Of a stretch of 64,000 nucleotides of DNA, positions 33,967 to 42,824 are shown in pieces (position 1 is the stretch's first letter; every line of letters begins with the position of its first letter). Made by a program: the position numbers and the translations under genes. Source of the DNA: a virus. Location of the stretch: positions 1-64,000 of IMG/VR virus record IMGVR_UViG_3300035156_000175. The stretch is one strand, 5' to 3'. The notes beneath the pieces were generated by a model that saw only the letters and a list, made by a program, of their open reading frames with translations, did no database searches and was not told where the DNA came from.

Positions 33967-36800
33967 TGGCTACTGTACAGAACGATCGCCTCATCCGGCT
34001 CTATGCTGTCAACCCTCGCGTCACCCCGGAGGCGGCAGTTGGCGGCGTGTATGGCTCGTCGCTGTACCCTGACCTGGCCGACGCCGGCTGGACACACGCG
34101 CTCGGCGGGTCGACGGTCGTAGCGGTGACGGACGGCCCGTCTGGCGCGACGGCCCGCCGCTGTACCGCCGGCGTGGCCACTTATCTCTCGCACGCCACTG
34201 CGTACACGATCGACCGCTCGCGCACCTACCGCGTGCGCTTCTACGCGCGCGCGTCCGCCACGGCTACCGGTCTGCTCTACTTCGACCTGCGGCAGTTCCT
34301 CGCCGACGGCGTGACAGCGGGGCCAGGCAACAATGGACGTCAGCCGTACAAACCGCTGGCGCAGCCTGCGGCGAACACACGCAACTGGACGCTGTTTGAC
34401 TACACCTGGACCAACGCCGACTGGCAGGTTGGCGTCACCCAGGTGCGCCCTGACTTCCTGCTCAACTACCTCGACGTTGGTACACCAGTGGGCTACTGGG
34501 AAGTCCAAGACTTCCAGATGATGGATGTCACCGAAGTGGCGACAGCGCAAGCCACGGCTACCGCTGCCGCAGAACAGGCCCTGGCCGCAAATGAGGCACT
34601 GACGACAATTGCCAACGACAATGTGCTGTCAAAAGGCGAAAAGTCCGCGATCATCTTGCAATGGCAAGCTATAGACAATGAAGTACCAGATATTGTTAGC
34701 AAAGCCGCCGCGCTTGGCGTTTCGAGCGCTAGCTACAGCGATGCGAAAATTGCCCTGGATAGTTACCTAAACGCCATTCCGTCGGGCTGGAGCACGCTAA
34801 CAGCCGATAGCGTGATCGACGGGCCGACCTTCCGCGACAAATTTGCCGCCTATTACAAGCAGCGCCAGCTGCTGCTAAATGCCATCGCTGCCAAGACCGC
34901 AACCCTCTCGACCTGGAGTGGTACCACCGGCTCACTCAAGCCTGGCGCGAGCCGCGGCAGCGCTATCAATGTCGACCCCGCGCTTGAGAACTTGGCCGCC
35001 TGGACGACGACCGCTGGAGTTGTATTTAATGCCACCTCAAGCACGGCAGCCGGCGCGGTCGGCGGCGCGTATTTCTACGCACAGGGCGCGGTCGGCGATA
35101 ACCTCTATGCGTACGAGAATAACCGCTATGCCGTTGACCCGGCAGGCGTCTACGCATTGACCGCGAATCTGTTCGCAAGCGCTGGCAACACGCGCAATAT
35201 GTACCTGTTCGTCAATTTCTATGACTATCAAGGTACGCAGATTGGCACTGCATGGGGCGGGGCTATGTCGGGCTACGTGTACGGCAGCACACCTGCCGTC
35301 GACACATGGACGCGATGCGGCGCCGACTTCGGGCCCAATACCGGTCGCCCCATCCCAGCCGGCGCCAAGATGATGGCTATCGGCGTATGGTTCCGCTACA
35401 ACAACGGCACATCGACCTCGCTGCAGGCAGCTCAAGATATTCGCCTGGAGAATGTGACCGCCGCGCGCGCGGCTAAGGCCATCGCTGATGCGGCCGCAAT
35501 TCAGGCAACGAACGCCAACAATGCACTCATCGCCATCGCTGACGACAACATCCTGTCCAAGAGCGAGAAGCCAGAGATCATCCTCAAGTGGGCAGCGATC
35601 ACAGGCGAGAACGGCGATATCATGAACAAGGCCGACGCTGTAAGCGTGTCGAGGGTCGCTTATCAGGCTGCGCTCGAAGCGCTGGCCAGCTACCTGACGG
35701 CCATTCCGTCGGGCTGGAACACGCTGACAGCCGACAGTGTGATCGACGGCCCAACCTTCCGCACCAAATTCGCGGCGTACTATGATCAGCGCCAGCTGCT
35801 GCTAAACGCCATTGCGGCCAAAGCGGCGACCACCGCGAGCTGGACCGGCGTGGCGCAGCGTCCTGCGGACATCGACATTTTCAACAATCAGGACAGTATC
35901 ATCCGGGCGCCGCAGGGCGCCCTGCTGACCACGCAGAGTCCGTCCTTGACCGGGAGCATCAAGATTCGCTTGCCGGTCTCCTGGACGGACACAATGATGA
36001 AATTCTCTGTCGATATTTATGAGTATGCTGCAGGCTATAGCTGCTCGCTAGAGATCGCAGGGTATAACTATTCGCAAGGTGTTTGGTATAACGTAAGCGC
36101 GCGCGTAGTCGGCGGCAGCAATGTGGAGTACCCGGTCTACTTTGGTCATGACGGTACCAAGTGCTGTGTATGGATCGGGACAGCTGGCACAGTGTGGGAA
36201 TACCCACAGGTGCGGGTGCGCGACTTTTTCGCAGGGTATGGCGGCATGGCCAAAGCCAACTGGGAGGCCGGCTGGCAGATCAGCGTCTCAAACGCCGGAC
36301 CCCAGGCTGTGACGGCCCAGGTGCTTGACACCTATCCGGCCGCCGACTGGTCGAAGATCCCGAACGCAAACGGTAAGCCTGCTAACAACGCCACGGTCGG
36401 CGCGCCGGCGGGCACACTGGTGGCTGGAACCTTGGCTGAGACTGTTGCCGCGCAGGCTGCGGCAGGCAATGCTGCGGCCACAGCCCCCCAGTTCACGCTG
36501 ACCCAGCTCCCATTCACGGCGCTGAACTTCACTGCCAGCAATTCGACATGGGCTGCCGGGTCATACACCGCTACGCCCAACAATGCGGCTGCTGGTACCG
36601 TCAAGTACAACTGGTCATTGGAAGGCGCCGGTAATACCGTCCTGTGGATCTCCTCGGCATCTAATGTCCAGACGGTCTCTCTGTCCGCCAGGTCCAATGT
36701 GTCGGGCACCGAGCTGGACTTTTTCCTGACCTGCACCGCGGTGGACGCCAAAGGTAAGACCGCGATCATGACTTTCAACATCTTCGTGGACTTCGCATGA
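33966..36800 (+). CDS. tail fibre or host-recognition protein with an internally duplicated module (944 aa)
   Basis: TAATG overlap with the upstream gene. Two roughly 130-aa repeats (see the repeat features), each followed by a different beta-rich domain. Confidence 0.7.
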   Translation: MATVQNDRLIRLYAVNPRVTPEAAVGGVYGSSLYPDLADAGWTHALGGSTVVAVTDGPSGATARRCTAGVATYLSHATAYTIDRSRTYRVRFYARASATATGLLYFDLRQFLADGVTAGPGNNGRQPYKPLAQPAANTRNWTLFDYTWTNADWQVGVTQVRPDFLLNYLDVGTPVGYWEVQDFQMMDVTEVATAQATATAAAEQALAANEALTTIANDNVLSKGEKSAIILQWQAIDNEVPDIVSKAAALGVSSASYSDAKIALDSYLNAIPSGWSTLTADSVIDGPTFRDKFAAYYKQRQLLLNAIAAKTATLSTWSGTTGSLKPGASRGSAINVDPALENLAAWTTTAGVVFNATSSTAAGAVGGAYFYAQGAVGDNLYAYENNRYAVDPAGVYALTANLFASAGNTRNMYLFVNFYDYQGTQIGTAWGGAMSGYVYGSTPAVDTWTRCGADFGPNTGRPIPAGAKMMAIGVWFRYNNGTSTSLQAAQDIRLENVTAARAAKAIADAAAIQATNANNALIAIADDNILSKSEKPEIILKWAAITGENGDIMNKADAVSVSRVAYQAALEALASYLTAIPSGWNTLTADSVIDGPTFRTKFAAYYDQRQLLLNAIAAKAATTASWTGVAQRPADIDIFNNQDSIIRAPQGALLTTQSPSLTGSIKIRLPVSWTDTMMKFSVDIYEYAAGYSCSLEIAGYNYSQGVWYNVSARVVGGSNVEYPVYFGHDGTKCCVWIGTAGTVWEYPQVRVRDFFAGYGGMAKANWEAGWQISVSNAGPQAVTAQVLDTYPAADWSKIPNANGKPANNATVGAPAGTLVAGTLAETVAAQAAAGNAAATAPQFTLTQLPFTALNFTASNSTWAAGSYTATPNNAAAGTVKYNWSLEGAGNTVLWISSASNVQTVSLSARSNVSGTELDFFLTCTAVDAKGKTAIMTFNIFVDFA
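34536..34922 (+). repeat. tail-fibre internal repeat, copy 1
   Basis: ...IANDNVLSKGEKSAIILQWQAI...LNAIPSGWSTLTADSVIDGPTFRDKFAAYYKQRQLLLNAIAAK... Very similar to copy 2 at both protein and DNA level. Confidence 0.85.
35457..35849 (+). repeat. tail-fibre internal repeat, copy 2
   Basis: ...IADDNILSKSEKPEIILKWAAI...LTAIPSGWNTLTADSVIDGPTFRTKFAAYYDQRQLLLNAIAAK... Confidence 0.85.
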
Positions 36801-37384
36801 CCCAATATCTCAAGCTGGACGTCTACAACCGGCGCGTTCTCTGCATTGTGGGTTTCCCCGACCAGGAGGAATTCGTCGGGCCCGTTGGTGAGCCCCCCGA
36901 GCCGGAAGAAGGTATCGAAGTACGGCTCTGGCAAAAGCAGAAGCTTCACTTCGGTGCGCGCCCCACAGCATCCTCAGTGCTCGTGTGGCACGATGAGGCG
37001 GAGGATCCGGAATGGATAGACCCAGTCACGCTACCTACCTTGCGCGAGATGGTATGGGCCAAGATCAAAGACGCGCGTACGGCGGCTGAACTGTCCGACT
37101 TTGAATTCGAGGGCCAGATGTACCAGGCCAACAAGGAGCAGATCAACGGGTATGTGACCATGGCCATGGTGGCCATCATGTTTCAGCAGCCGTTCTCGCA
37201 GCAATGGACGCTGCGAGACAATTCGGTGCAGACCTTTAACGCCCAGCGCATGATCGCCCTGGGGGTGGCCCTTGGGAACCACGTGGCGGGCATTTATGCA
37301 CACGGCCGCGCGCTGCGCGCACAGATCGACGCACCGGACGTAACGCCTCAACAACTCGCGGCCATAACGTGGGAGGCGCCGTAA
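36797..37384 (+). CDS. DUF4376-like tail-fibre accessory protein (195 aa)
   Basis: The segment MVWAKIKDARTAAELSDFEFEGQMYQANKEQINGY resembles my recollection of the DUF4376 pattern. ATGA overlap with the fibre gene. Confidence 0.5.
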   Translation: MTQYLKLDVYNRRVLCIVGFPDQEEFVGPVGEPPEPEEGIEVRLWQKQKLHFGARPTASSVLVWHDEAEDPEWIDPVTLPTLREMVWAKIKDARTAAELSDFEFEGQMYQANKEQINGYVTMAMVAIMFQQPFSQQWTLRDNSVQTFNAQRMIALGVALGNHVAGIYAHGRALRAQIDAPDVTPQQLAAITWEAP

Positions 37385-37457
37385 AACTTGCCCATAGCCA
37401 AGGAGGCGGGACTGTGGTATTTTCTTCCCTATCGGAAATTAAAATATCGCCATCCCA

Positions 37458-38855
37458 ATGCCCAACCTGCGCATCGTCAATACCAACCTGGCTGACTCCG
37501 GCACCACCACGGCCTCGAGCCAGGCCAGCGCCAGCCTGAGCGTAGCGAACCTGCGCACCAAAGCCAAGGGCGCACCTTGGCGCTCGGCTGCCGGCACGAC
37601 TCAACGTCTCTCGCACGTGCTGGCCGCGCCGGCGCCGGTTGGCCTTGTCGCCCTGACACAAAGCAACCTGAGCGCCAGCGCACAAGGTCGGCTGCGTCAG
37701 ACGACGGAGACGGCCGCCACCAATCTTTTCCTGCAGTCCCAAGTGCTGAGCAACGCGGTCTACACCAAGACCGCCACGACGGCCGGCACTGCCGCCGCCG
37801 CGCTGGATGGCACGACCAGCGCTATTCCGATCCTGGAGACGGCTGTCACTGCCGGGCACACCGTGCACCAGTCCGCTAACCTGACTTCCGGCACGACCTA
37901 TACATTTTCCCAGTTCGTCAAGGCAAACGGGCGTACGCGCGTGGCGCTGCAGAACGGGACACTTGGCACATTTGCCAACTTCAACCTGATCACCGGCACG
38001 ATGCTGACGACAGGAGGCACTGGCTATGTCGGCGGGGGTATCACCAATATGGGTGGCGGCTGGTACCGCCTGCGCCTGACCTTCACGGCAAACGCGACCA
38101 GCGCCCAGAACCTAGTGCTGGTGCTGCAGGACGCCGCCGGCACTGCCTCTTACCTGGGCGTCGTGAGCAATGGCGTCTACTCGTGGGGCTGGCAGCTGGA
38201 AGTGGGCGCAATCTCATCCTACTATCCCACGACCACCACGACCGCGACGCGCCCGCAAGGTTACATCGACAGCTGGCAGACCTACGCATCCGATACAGGT
38301 TTCGTCAACATCTGCCCAGGGGAAGCGCTGGTACCGGACGGCTGGAGTGCAGCCCAAGCCGCCTCGGCCTACGCCTACGGCGGCGGCATGTGCGCACGCC
38401 TCTGGACCGACCAGTCACAGCCGCTGGCCACAGGCCTGGCTTTCGATATCGTCGACAGCGGCAATCTGCAGGGGTACATCGAGGCAGTGCGCCTGGTCGT
38501 GGGCACCTATTACGAGACGGCCATCAACCCAGACTACGGCTCCGGCGCCGAGGCAGTAGATCGCAGCAAAAGCGAATACAGCGAGGCGGGCGACCTGATC
38601 ACCGAGCCAGGCACGCGCAGCACCAAGCTGACACTCGACATGAGTCAGCTTGGCGCGGCCGATCGCGCTTACCTGTGGAAGGTCCTGCGCACCAGTGGCA
38701 CGTCACGGCCCGTCTTTGTGAGTGTCTTTCCCGACGCGGTCGATGGGCAGCTTGAGCAGATGCATCAGATCTACGGCCAGCTGGTCACCACCCCGTCCAT
38801 GAAGACCCCGTTCTTCAACCTTGCCACTGCGACATTAGATATTCAGGGAGCTTAA
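37458..38855 (+). CDS. tail tip or baseplate protein with a lectin-like central domain (465 aa)
   Basis: ORF track. The motif YSWGWQLEVGAISSYYPTT resembles the GAQLE..G...T.YIPT signature seen in phage tail lectin-fold domains. This is from recollection, not a search. Confidence 0.55.
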   Translation: MPNLRIVNTNLADSGTTTASSQASASLSVANLRTKAKGAPWRSAAGTTQRLSHVLAAPAPVGLVALTQSNLSASAQGRLRQTTETAATNLFLQSQVLSNAVYTKTATTAGTAAAALDGTTSAIPILETAVTAGHTVHQSANLTSGTTYTFSQFVKANGRTRVALQNGTLGTFANFNLITGTMLTTGGTGYVGGGITNMGGGWYRLRLTFTANATSAQNLVLVLQDAAGTASYLGVVSNGVYSWGWQLEVGAISSYYPTTTTTATRPQGYIDSWQTYASDTGFVNICPGEALVPDGWSAAQAASAYAYGGGMCARLWTDQSQPLATGLAFDIVDSGNLQGYIEAVRLVVGTYYETAINPDYGSGAEAVDRSKSEYSEAGDLITEPGTRSTKLTLDMSQLGAADRAYLWKVLRTSGTSRPVFVSVFPDAVDGQLEQMHQIYGQLVTTPSMKTPFFNLATATLDIQGA

Positions 38856-38857
38856 GC

Positions 38858-39310
38858 ATGGTGTTCCAGGCCAAATTCTATAAGGGCACCCGCCCAGGTC
38901 TTCCTGGTGTCTACAACCGCCTGGTGCGCGGCTGGGAACGCGGTCCTTACAGCCATTGTGAGTTGCTTTTTAGCGACGGTCGTTCCTGGTCGGCATCTTT
39001 TATGGATCACGGCGTGCGCTGGAAGTTCATCGACTATGACGACGCCAACTGGGACACGGTAATTTTGCCCAAGCATATGGAGAAGGCCGCTCTTCTGTGG
39101 TTTTTAGCGCACGAAGGCGAATCTTACGACCTGATGGGCAACCTGCATCTGGTCATCGGATTCCTGCCGGAGAGCCGCGGCAAGAAGTTTTGTTCCGAGG
39201 CTTTGATGGCGTCACTTGATATGGATCAAGCATGGCGCATGGGGCCAAACGCCGCGTACGAAACACTCTGCTGGCGTTTCCGTCAGGAACAAGTTTCCAC
39301 TGGACTATAG
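38858..39310 (+). CDS. putative permuted NlpC/P60-type cysteine peptidase (150 aa)
   Basis: GGGAG RBS. Candidate catalytic His and Cys in YSHCELLF and KKFCSEAL. Last tail-module gene before the lysis genes. Confidence 0.4.
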   Translation: MVFQAKFYKGTRPGLPGVYNRLVRGWERGPYSHCELLFSDGRSWSASFMDHGVRWKFIDYDDANWDTVILPKHMEKAALLWFLAHEGESYDLMGNLHLVIGFLPESRGKKFCSEALMASLDMDQAWRMGPNAAYETLCWRFRQEQVSTGL

Positions 39311-39394
39311 TTCCGGATCAGCATAAAATTCTTGCATACACTTTCCTGGAGTCATCATGCAAGGTCTTAACTATCTGCTCTCTGGAGCCCTCGC

Positions 39395-39703
39395 ATGAGC
39401 GGCGCGCCACCACCAACCCCACCCGAAAATCGGGTGCGCTTCGATAAGACGGTGACCCTTGGTCACCTTATCTCTATCGGCAGCTTTATCTTTCTGACAC
39501 TGATGTCCTGGAACATGATGGACAAACGCGTGCTGGTACTCGAAGAGTCCCGCGCTACCCAGCGGGATCGCGATACCTCACAGGACACGATCACCCGGGA
39601 AAAAGCACAGGAGGTCAAGGACGCTTTGGCCGACTTAAAGCGTAGCGTCGAGAAGTTGACTGACCGTGTTGCAGCTGGAGCCCATAACGGAGGCAACCGA
39701 TGA
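39395..39703 (+). CDS. single-TMD membrane protein, holin or lysis regulator candidate (102 aa)
   Basis: One hydrophobic segment (LGHLISIGSFIFLTLMSW) and a charged coiled-coil C-terminus. GGAG RBS. Confidence 0.5.
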   Translation: MSGAPPPTPPENRVRFDKTVTLGHLISIGSFIFLTLMSWNMMDKRVLVLEESRATQRDRDTSQDTITREKAQEVKDALADLKRSVEKLTDRVAAGAHNGGNR

Positions 39704-39942
39704 AACTGATTTATGACTGGAAAGCAGTCCTGACCCAAGCCTGGTCGATGCGGCTCATGCTGCTCGCTGGCGCGTTTGACATCCTTGCGCGCGCGATCCC
39801 TCACCTCGAGCAAGGGTTTGTTTCCCCTGAAATGTGCAAGAACTTGTCCCTGATCGCTCTGGTCGGTGCCGGTGTTTGCCGCCTGCTGCAGCAACCGGAG
39901 CTCGCAAATGCCCGCCCCAGTCCCAACCAAATCAGCAAATAA
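39700..39942 (+). CDS. two-TMD holin, pinholin-like (80 aa)
   Basis: Hydrophobic segments SMRLMLLAGAFDILARAI and LSLIALVGAGVCRLL. GGAGG RBS. It overlaps the SAR endolysin start. Confidence 0.6.
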   Translation: MKLIYDWKAVLTQAWSMRLMLLAGAFDILARAIPHLEQGFVSPEMCKNLSLIALVGAGVCRLLQQPELANARPSPNQISK

Positions 39943-40417
39943 AGCCGGCACCCTGGCCGGCATCGTCGGCCTCGCCGCTGCGGCTGCACTGCTGGTGCTC
40001 ACTCCGAAAGAAGAGGGCACGAAGCAGACGACCTATCGCGACATCGCCAGCGTGCTGACGTATTGCACCGGCGCTACCGAGAACGCGCAATGGGGCAAGA
40101 CTTACACCTTGGCCGAGTGCAGCGCCCAGCTCGATCGTGACCTGGCGCGCCACGCCGCCGGTGTGGCCGCGTGTCTACCGATGGACCGCCTGACCTTGGG
40201 CCAGCGCATCGCCTTCGTCGACACGGCCTACAACATCGGTGTAGCGGGCTTCTGTAATTCGACCATGGCGCGCCTGGCGCTGCAGGGCGATGTCGTTGGT
40301 TCCTGCTCCGCGCTCTATGCCTGGAACCAGGCGCGCATCAACGGCACACTGCGCCCGGTCAAGGGCCTGATCCTGCGTCGTATGCGCAGCATCGAAATCT
40401 GTCTGACGAAGGTCTGA
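39908..40417 (+). CDS. SAR endolysin, T4-lysozyme-like (GH24)
   Basis: Gly/Ala-rich N-terminal TMD (GTLAGIVGLAAAAALLVL). E-x8-D-x5-T catalytic spacing in EEGTKQTTYRDIASVLT. Also contains FVDTAYNIGVAGF. Confidence 0.8.
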   Translation: MPAPVPTKSANKAGTLAGIVGLAAAAALLVLTPKEEGTKQTTYRDIASVLTYCTGATENAQWGKTYTLAECSAQLDRDLARHAAGVAACLPMDRLTLGQRIAFVDTAYNIGVAGFCNSTMARLALQGDVVGSCSALYAWNQARINGTLRPVKGLILRRMRSIEICLTKV

Positions 40418-40418
40418 T

Positions 40419-40787
40419 ATGACTCGCCTGATCGGCCGTAAGCTGCGCAGTCTGCACGAAGACGACGCAGCCGTGGCATTCAAATGCCCTGGCTGTGACA
40501 CCTTGCATGTGCTGTACGTCAAGCCGTTCGAACCAGCCCGCCCGGTCTGGGGCTTTAACGGTGACGGCGATGCGCCGACCTTTACGCCATCGATCCTTTA
40601 CACGTCGAACCGCTGGACGCCAGAGGTCACGCCGGAGAATTTCAAGCGCTGGCAGTCCGAGCGCTGGCCGCAGACCAAGGTGCCGCACATCTGCCACAGC
40701 TTCATCACGGCCGGCCGCATCGAGTTCCTGCCTGACTCTACTCACCACCTGACCGGTCAAACGGTCGACATTCCGGACATGACATGA
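40419..40787 (+). CDS. Cys/His-rich protein of unknown function inside the lysis cassette (122 aa)
   Basis: Candidate metal ligands in FKCPGCDTLH and ICHSF...DSTHH. ATGA overlap with the Rz gene. Confidence 0.65.
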   Translation: MTRLIGRKLRSLHEDDAAVAFKCPGCDTLHVLYVKPFEPARPVWGFNGDGDAPTFTPSILYTSNRWTPEVTPENFKRWQSERWPQTKVPHICHSFITAGRIEFLPDSTHHLTGQTVDIPDMT

Positions 40788-41305
40788 AAGCTCAGACACT
40801 CATCGCGGCCGCCTTGGCCGTTCTCGTTGCACTGATCCTGTCGTTCCTGGGCGGTTCGCACATTGGCAAAAAGCTCGAGCGCCAGGTCTGGCAAAAAGAG
40901 CGCATCGTCATGCTGGCGCAACACGCCAAAGATATCGGCGACCAGTTCAACAAGCATGACCAGCAAGTCAAACTCAACGACGCGAAAGCACGAAAGGCTG
41001 CCGACACTTATGAAAACGCCATCGACCAAATCACCAAACACGCTGCTGCTGACATTGCTGCTGTCAAGCGTGCTGGCGGGCTGCGCATCGCCGCCCCGCC
41101 TCCCCATGCCTGCCGACTTGCCGCCACCGCCGAAGGCCCAGGCGCCGTCGAGTCTCATGAAGAAGCCGCCAGCACCGTCCGCCTTCCACAACCGGTTGAA
41201 GACGGTCTTTTCGGAATCGCTGCCGACGCCGACCAAGTAAGCGAGCAGCTGCGCGCCCTGCAGGCTTGGATCCGCGACAACGGCCATTACGGGCAAGCGG
41301 AGTAA
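40784..41305 (+). CDS. Rz: i-spanin (Rz-like)
   Basis: N-terminal TMD (LIAAALAVLVALILSFLGG), coiled-coil periplasmic domain and an embedded o-spanin gene. Confidence 0.75.
   Translation: MKAQTLIAAALAVLVALILSFLGGSHIGKKLERQVWQKERIVMLAQHAKDIGDQFNKHDQQVKLNDAKARKAADTYENAIDQITKHAAADIAAVKRAGGLRIAAPPPHACRLAATAEGPGAVESHEEAASTVRLPQPVEDGLFGIAADADQVSEQLRALQAWIRDNGHYGQAE
41010..41240 (+). CDS. Rz1: o-spanin lipoprotein (Rz1-like), embedded in the +1 frame of Rz
   Basis: MKTPSTKSPNTLLLTLLLSSVLAGC carries the lipobox LAGC. The mature part is Pro-rich (CASPPRLPMPADLPPPP...). Confidence 0.75.
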   Translation: MKTPSTKSPNTLLLTLLLSSVLAGCASPPRLPMPADLPPPPKAQAPSSLMKKPPAPSAFHNRLKTVFSESLPTPTK

Positions 41306-41309
41306 CACC

Positions 41310-41522
41310 ATGGCATACGACCCAAAACGCGACTCGTGTGCCACTTGCATTCATTTCACAGTTGACCCAGAAGACGAGACAATGGGCGCGTGCCACCGGT
41401 ACCCGCCCTCTTATATCGCACGCCAGCATCTGTGGGACTTTGCCGCTGTAACTGCGGACAACACCTGCGGGGAGTTCGACTCCCTGATCTCGGACGACCA
41501 CCATGAAAAAGACCTTCATTGA
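41310..41522 (+). CDS. small Cys-rich protein (70 aa)
   Basis: ORF track. GGAG RBS. CATC...C...C pattern. Confidence 0.55.
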   Translation: MAYDPKRDSCATCIHFTVDPEDETMGACHRYPPSYIARQHLWDFAAVTADNTCGEFDSLISDDHHEKDLH

Positions 41523-42690
41523 CCAAGCGCTGGAGAAATTCGCCACACCGATCGAACTGGAATACCTGAACGCCGTCAACTACCACGGCAGCGCCAGCAA
41601 GGCGGCCAAGCAGTTCGGCGTAGGCAAGACCGCTATCAACAACTGCATGGGCCGGCTCAAGCGCCGCGCTGCACTGCAGGGCTATTCTCCTGATCACGAC
41701 ATGACGCGGCCGCTGCCCGATGGCTTCGCGGTTCAGCGCATCTCGACCAACTATAAGGCAGACGGTTCGGTCGGCCAGCAATGGGTCATCGGCACGCCCG
41801 ACAAGGCGCGCCAGGAAGAGCTCTTCAAGATGTTCGTGGAGACGCTGGCGATGGACGTCAAGCCCGCGCGCGCCGCGCCGCATCGACGCGCCACTGACGT
41901 CGCGGATGACGACCTGCTTTGCATCTTCCCGATGGGCGATCCGCATTTTGGCATGCACGCCTGGTGGGCGGACGCCGGCGAAGACTTCGACCTGAAGATC
42001 GCTGAAGAGCTGACTTGCGCTGCCATCGATCGCCTGGTCGCCGTGGCGCCAGCCGCCGGCACCGCGCTGCTGCTTAACCTGGGCGACATGTATCACGCCG
42101 ACAACCAGAAGAACCTGACGCAGTCGGGACACCAGCTGGACGTCGACGGGCGCTGGGCCAAGGTGCAGCAGGTCGGCCTGTATGCCATGATCCACGCGAT
42201 CTGGCGCCTGCTCGAGAAATTCCCGAAGGTGATCTTCCGCATCAACCGCGGAAACCATGACGGCCACTCGTCGTACGCCTTGGCCATGATGATGTCCTGC
42301 TACTTCCGCAACGAGCCGCGCGTGACAATCGACCTGTCGCCGTCCACAGTTTGGTACTATCAGTTCGGCAAGAACCTGATCGCTTCGACTCACGGTGACA
42401 CGATCCGCGGCCCGGCGATGCCTGGCGTGATGGCATCTGATGTGCCGGAAATGTGGGGCAGCACCAAGCACCGCATCTGGTATGTCGGTCACGTGCACCA
42501 CCAGGACGTCAAGGAATACCCAGGATGCACAGTAGAGTACATGCGCACCTTGGCCGCGCGCGACGCATGGCACGCTGGCCAAGGTTACCGCGCCGGCCGC
42601 GACATGCGCTGCATCGTGATGCACAAGGAACATGGCGAGACCGAGCGCCACCGCTGCGATGTGGGCATGATCCAAAAAGCGAAAGCCTAA
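41503..42690 (+). CDS. HTH (LuxR/sigma-70 region 4-like) domain fused to a calcineurin-like metallophosphoesterase (395 aa)
   Basis: N-terminal PIELEYLNAVNYHGSASKAAKQFGVGKTAINNCMGRLKRR. Phosphoesterase motifs GDPHFG, LGDMYHAD, GNHDGH, THGD and GHVHH. Confidence 0.75.
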   Translation: MKKTFIDQALEKFATPIELEYLNAVNYHGSASKAAKQFGVGKTAINNCMGRLKRRAALQGYSPDHDMTRPLPDGFAVQRISTNYKADGSVGQQWVIGTPDKARQEELFKMFVETLAMDVKPARAAPHRRATDVADDDLLCIFPMGDPHFGMHAWWADAGEDFDLKIAEELTCAAIDRLVAVAPAAGTALLLNLGDMYHADNQKNLTQSGHQLDVDGRWAKVQQVGLYAMIHAIWRLLEKFPKVIFRINRGNHDGHSSYALAMMMSCYFRNEPRVTIDLSPSTVWYYQFGKNLIASTHGDTIRGPAMPGVMASDVPEMWGSTKHRIWYVGHVHHQDVKEYPGCTVEYMRTLAARDAWHAGQGYRAGRDMRCIVMHKEHGETERHRCDVGMIQKAKA

Positions 42691-42695
42691 ACGAC

Positions 42696-42725
42696 AAAAA
42701 TCCCCCGCCGAAGCGGGGGATTTTT
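42696..42725. terminator. bidirectional intrinsic terminator between the late and replication arms
   Basis: AAAAA-TCCCCCGC-CGAA-GCGGGGGA-TTTTT. Confidence 0.85.
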
Positions 42726-42824
42726 CTGGTCTGCGGGAAGCTCACAAGGTGGGATCGGCCCTCTACTTCGCCCTGCTATTGCCCTCGAACGGTGATCAGT
42801 CGTCACAACCACGCCCAGGACGGA

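Noticed and set aside
33966-36800. Diversity-generating retroelement targeting the duplicated fibre module
   Set aside because: There is no reverse transcriptase or accessory gene anywhere in the window. The two repeat copies differ at all base types rather than only at adenines.
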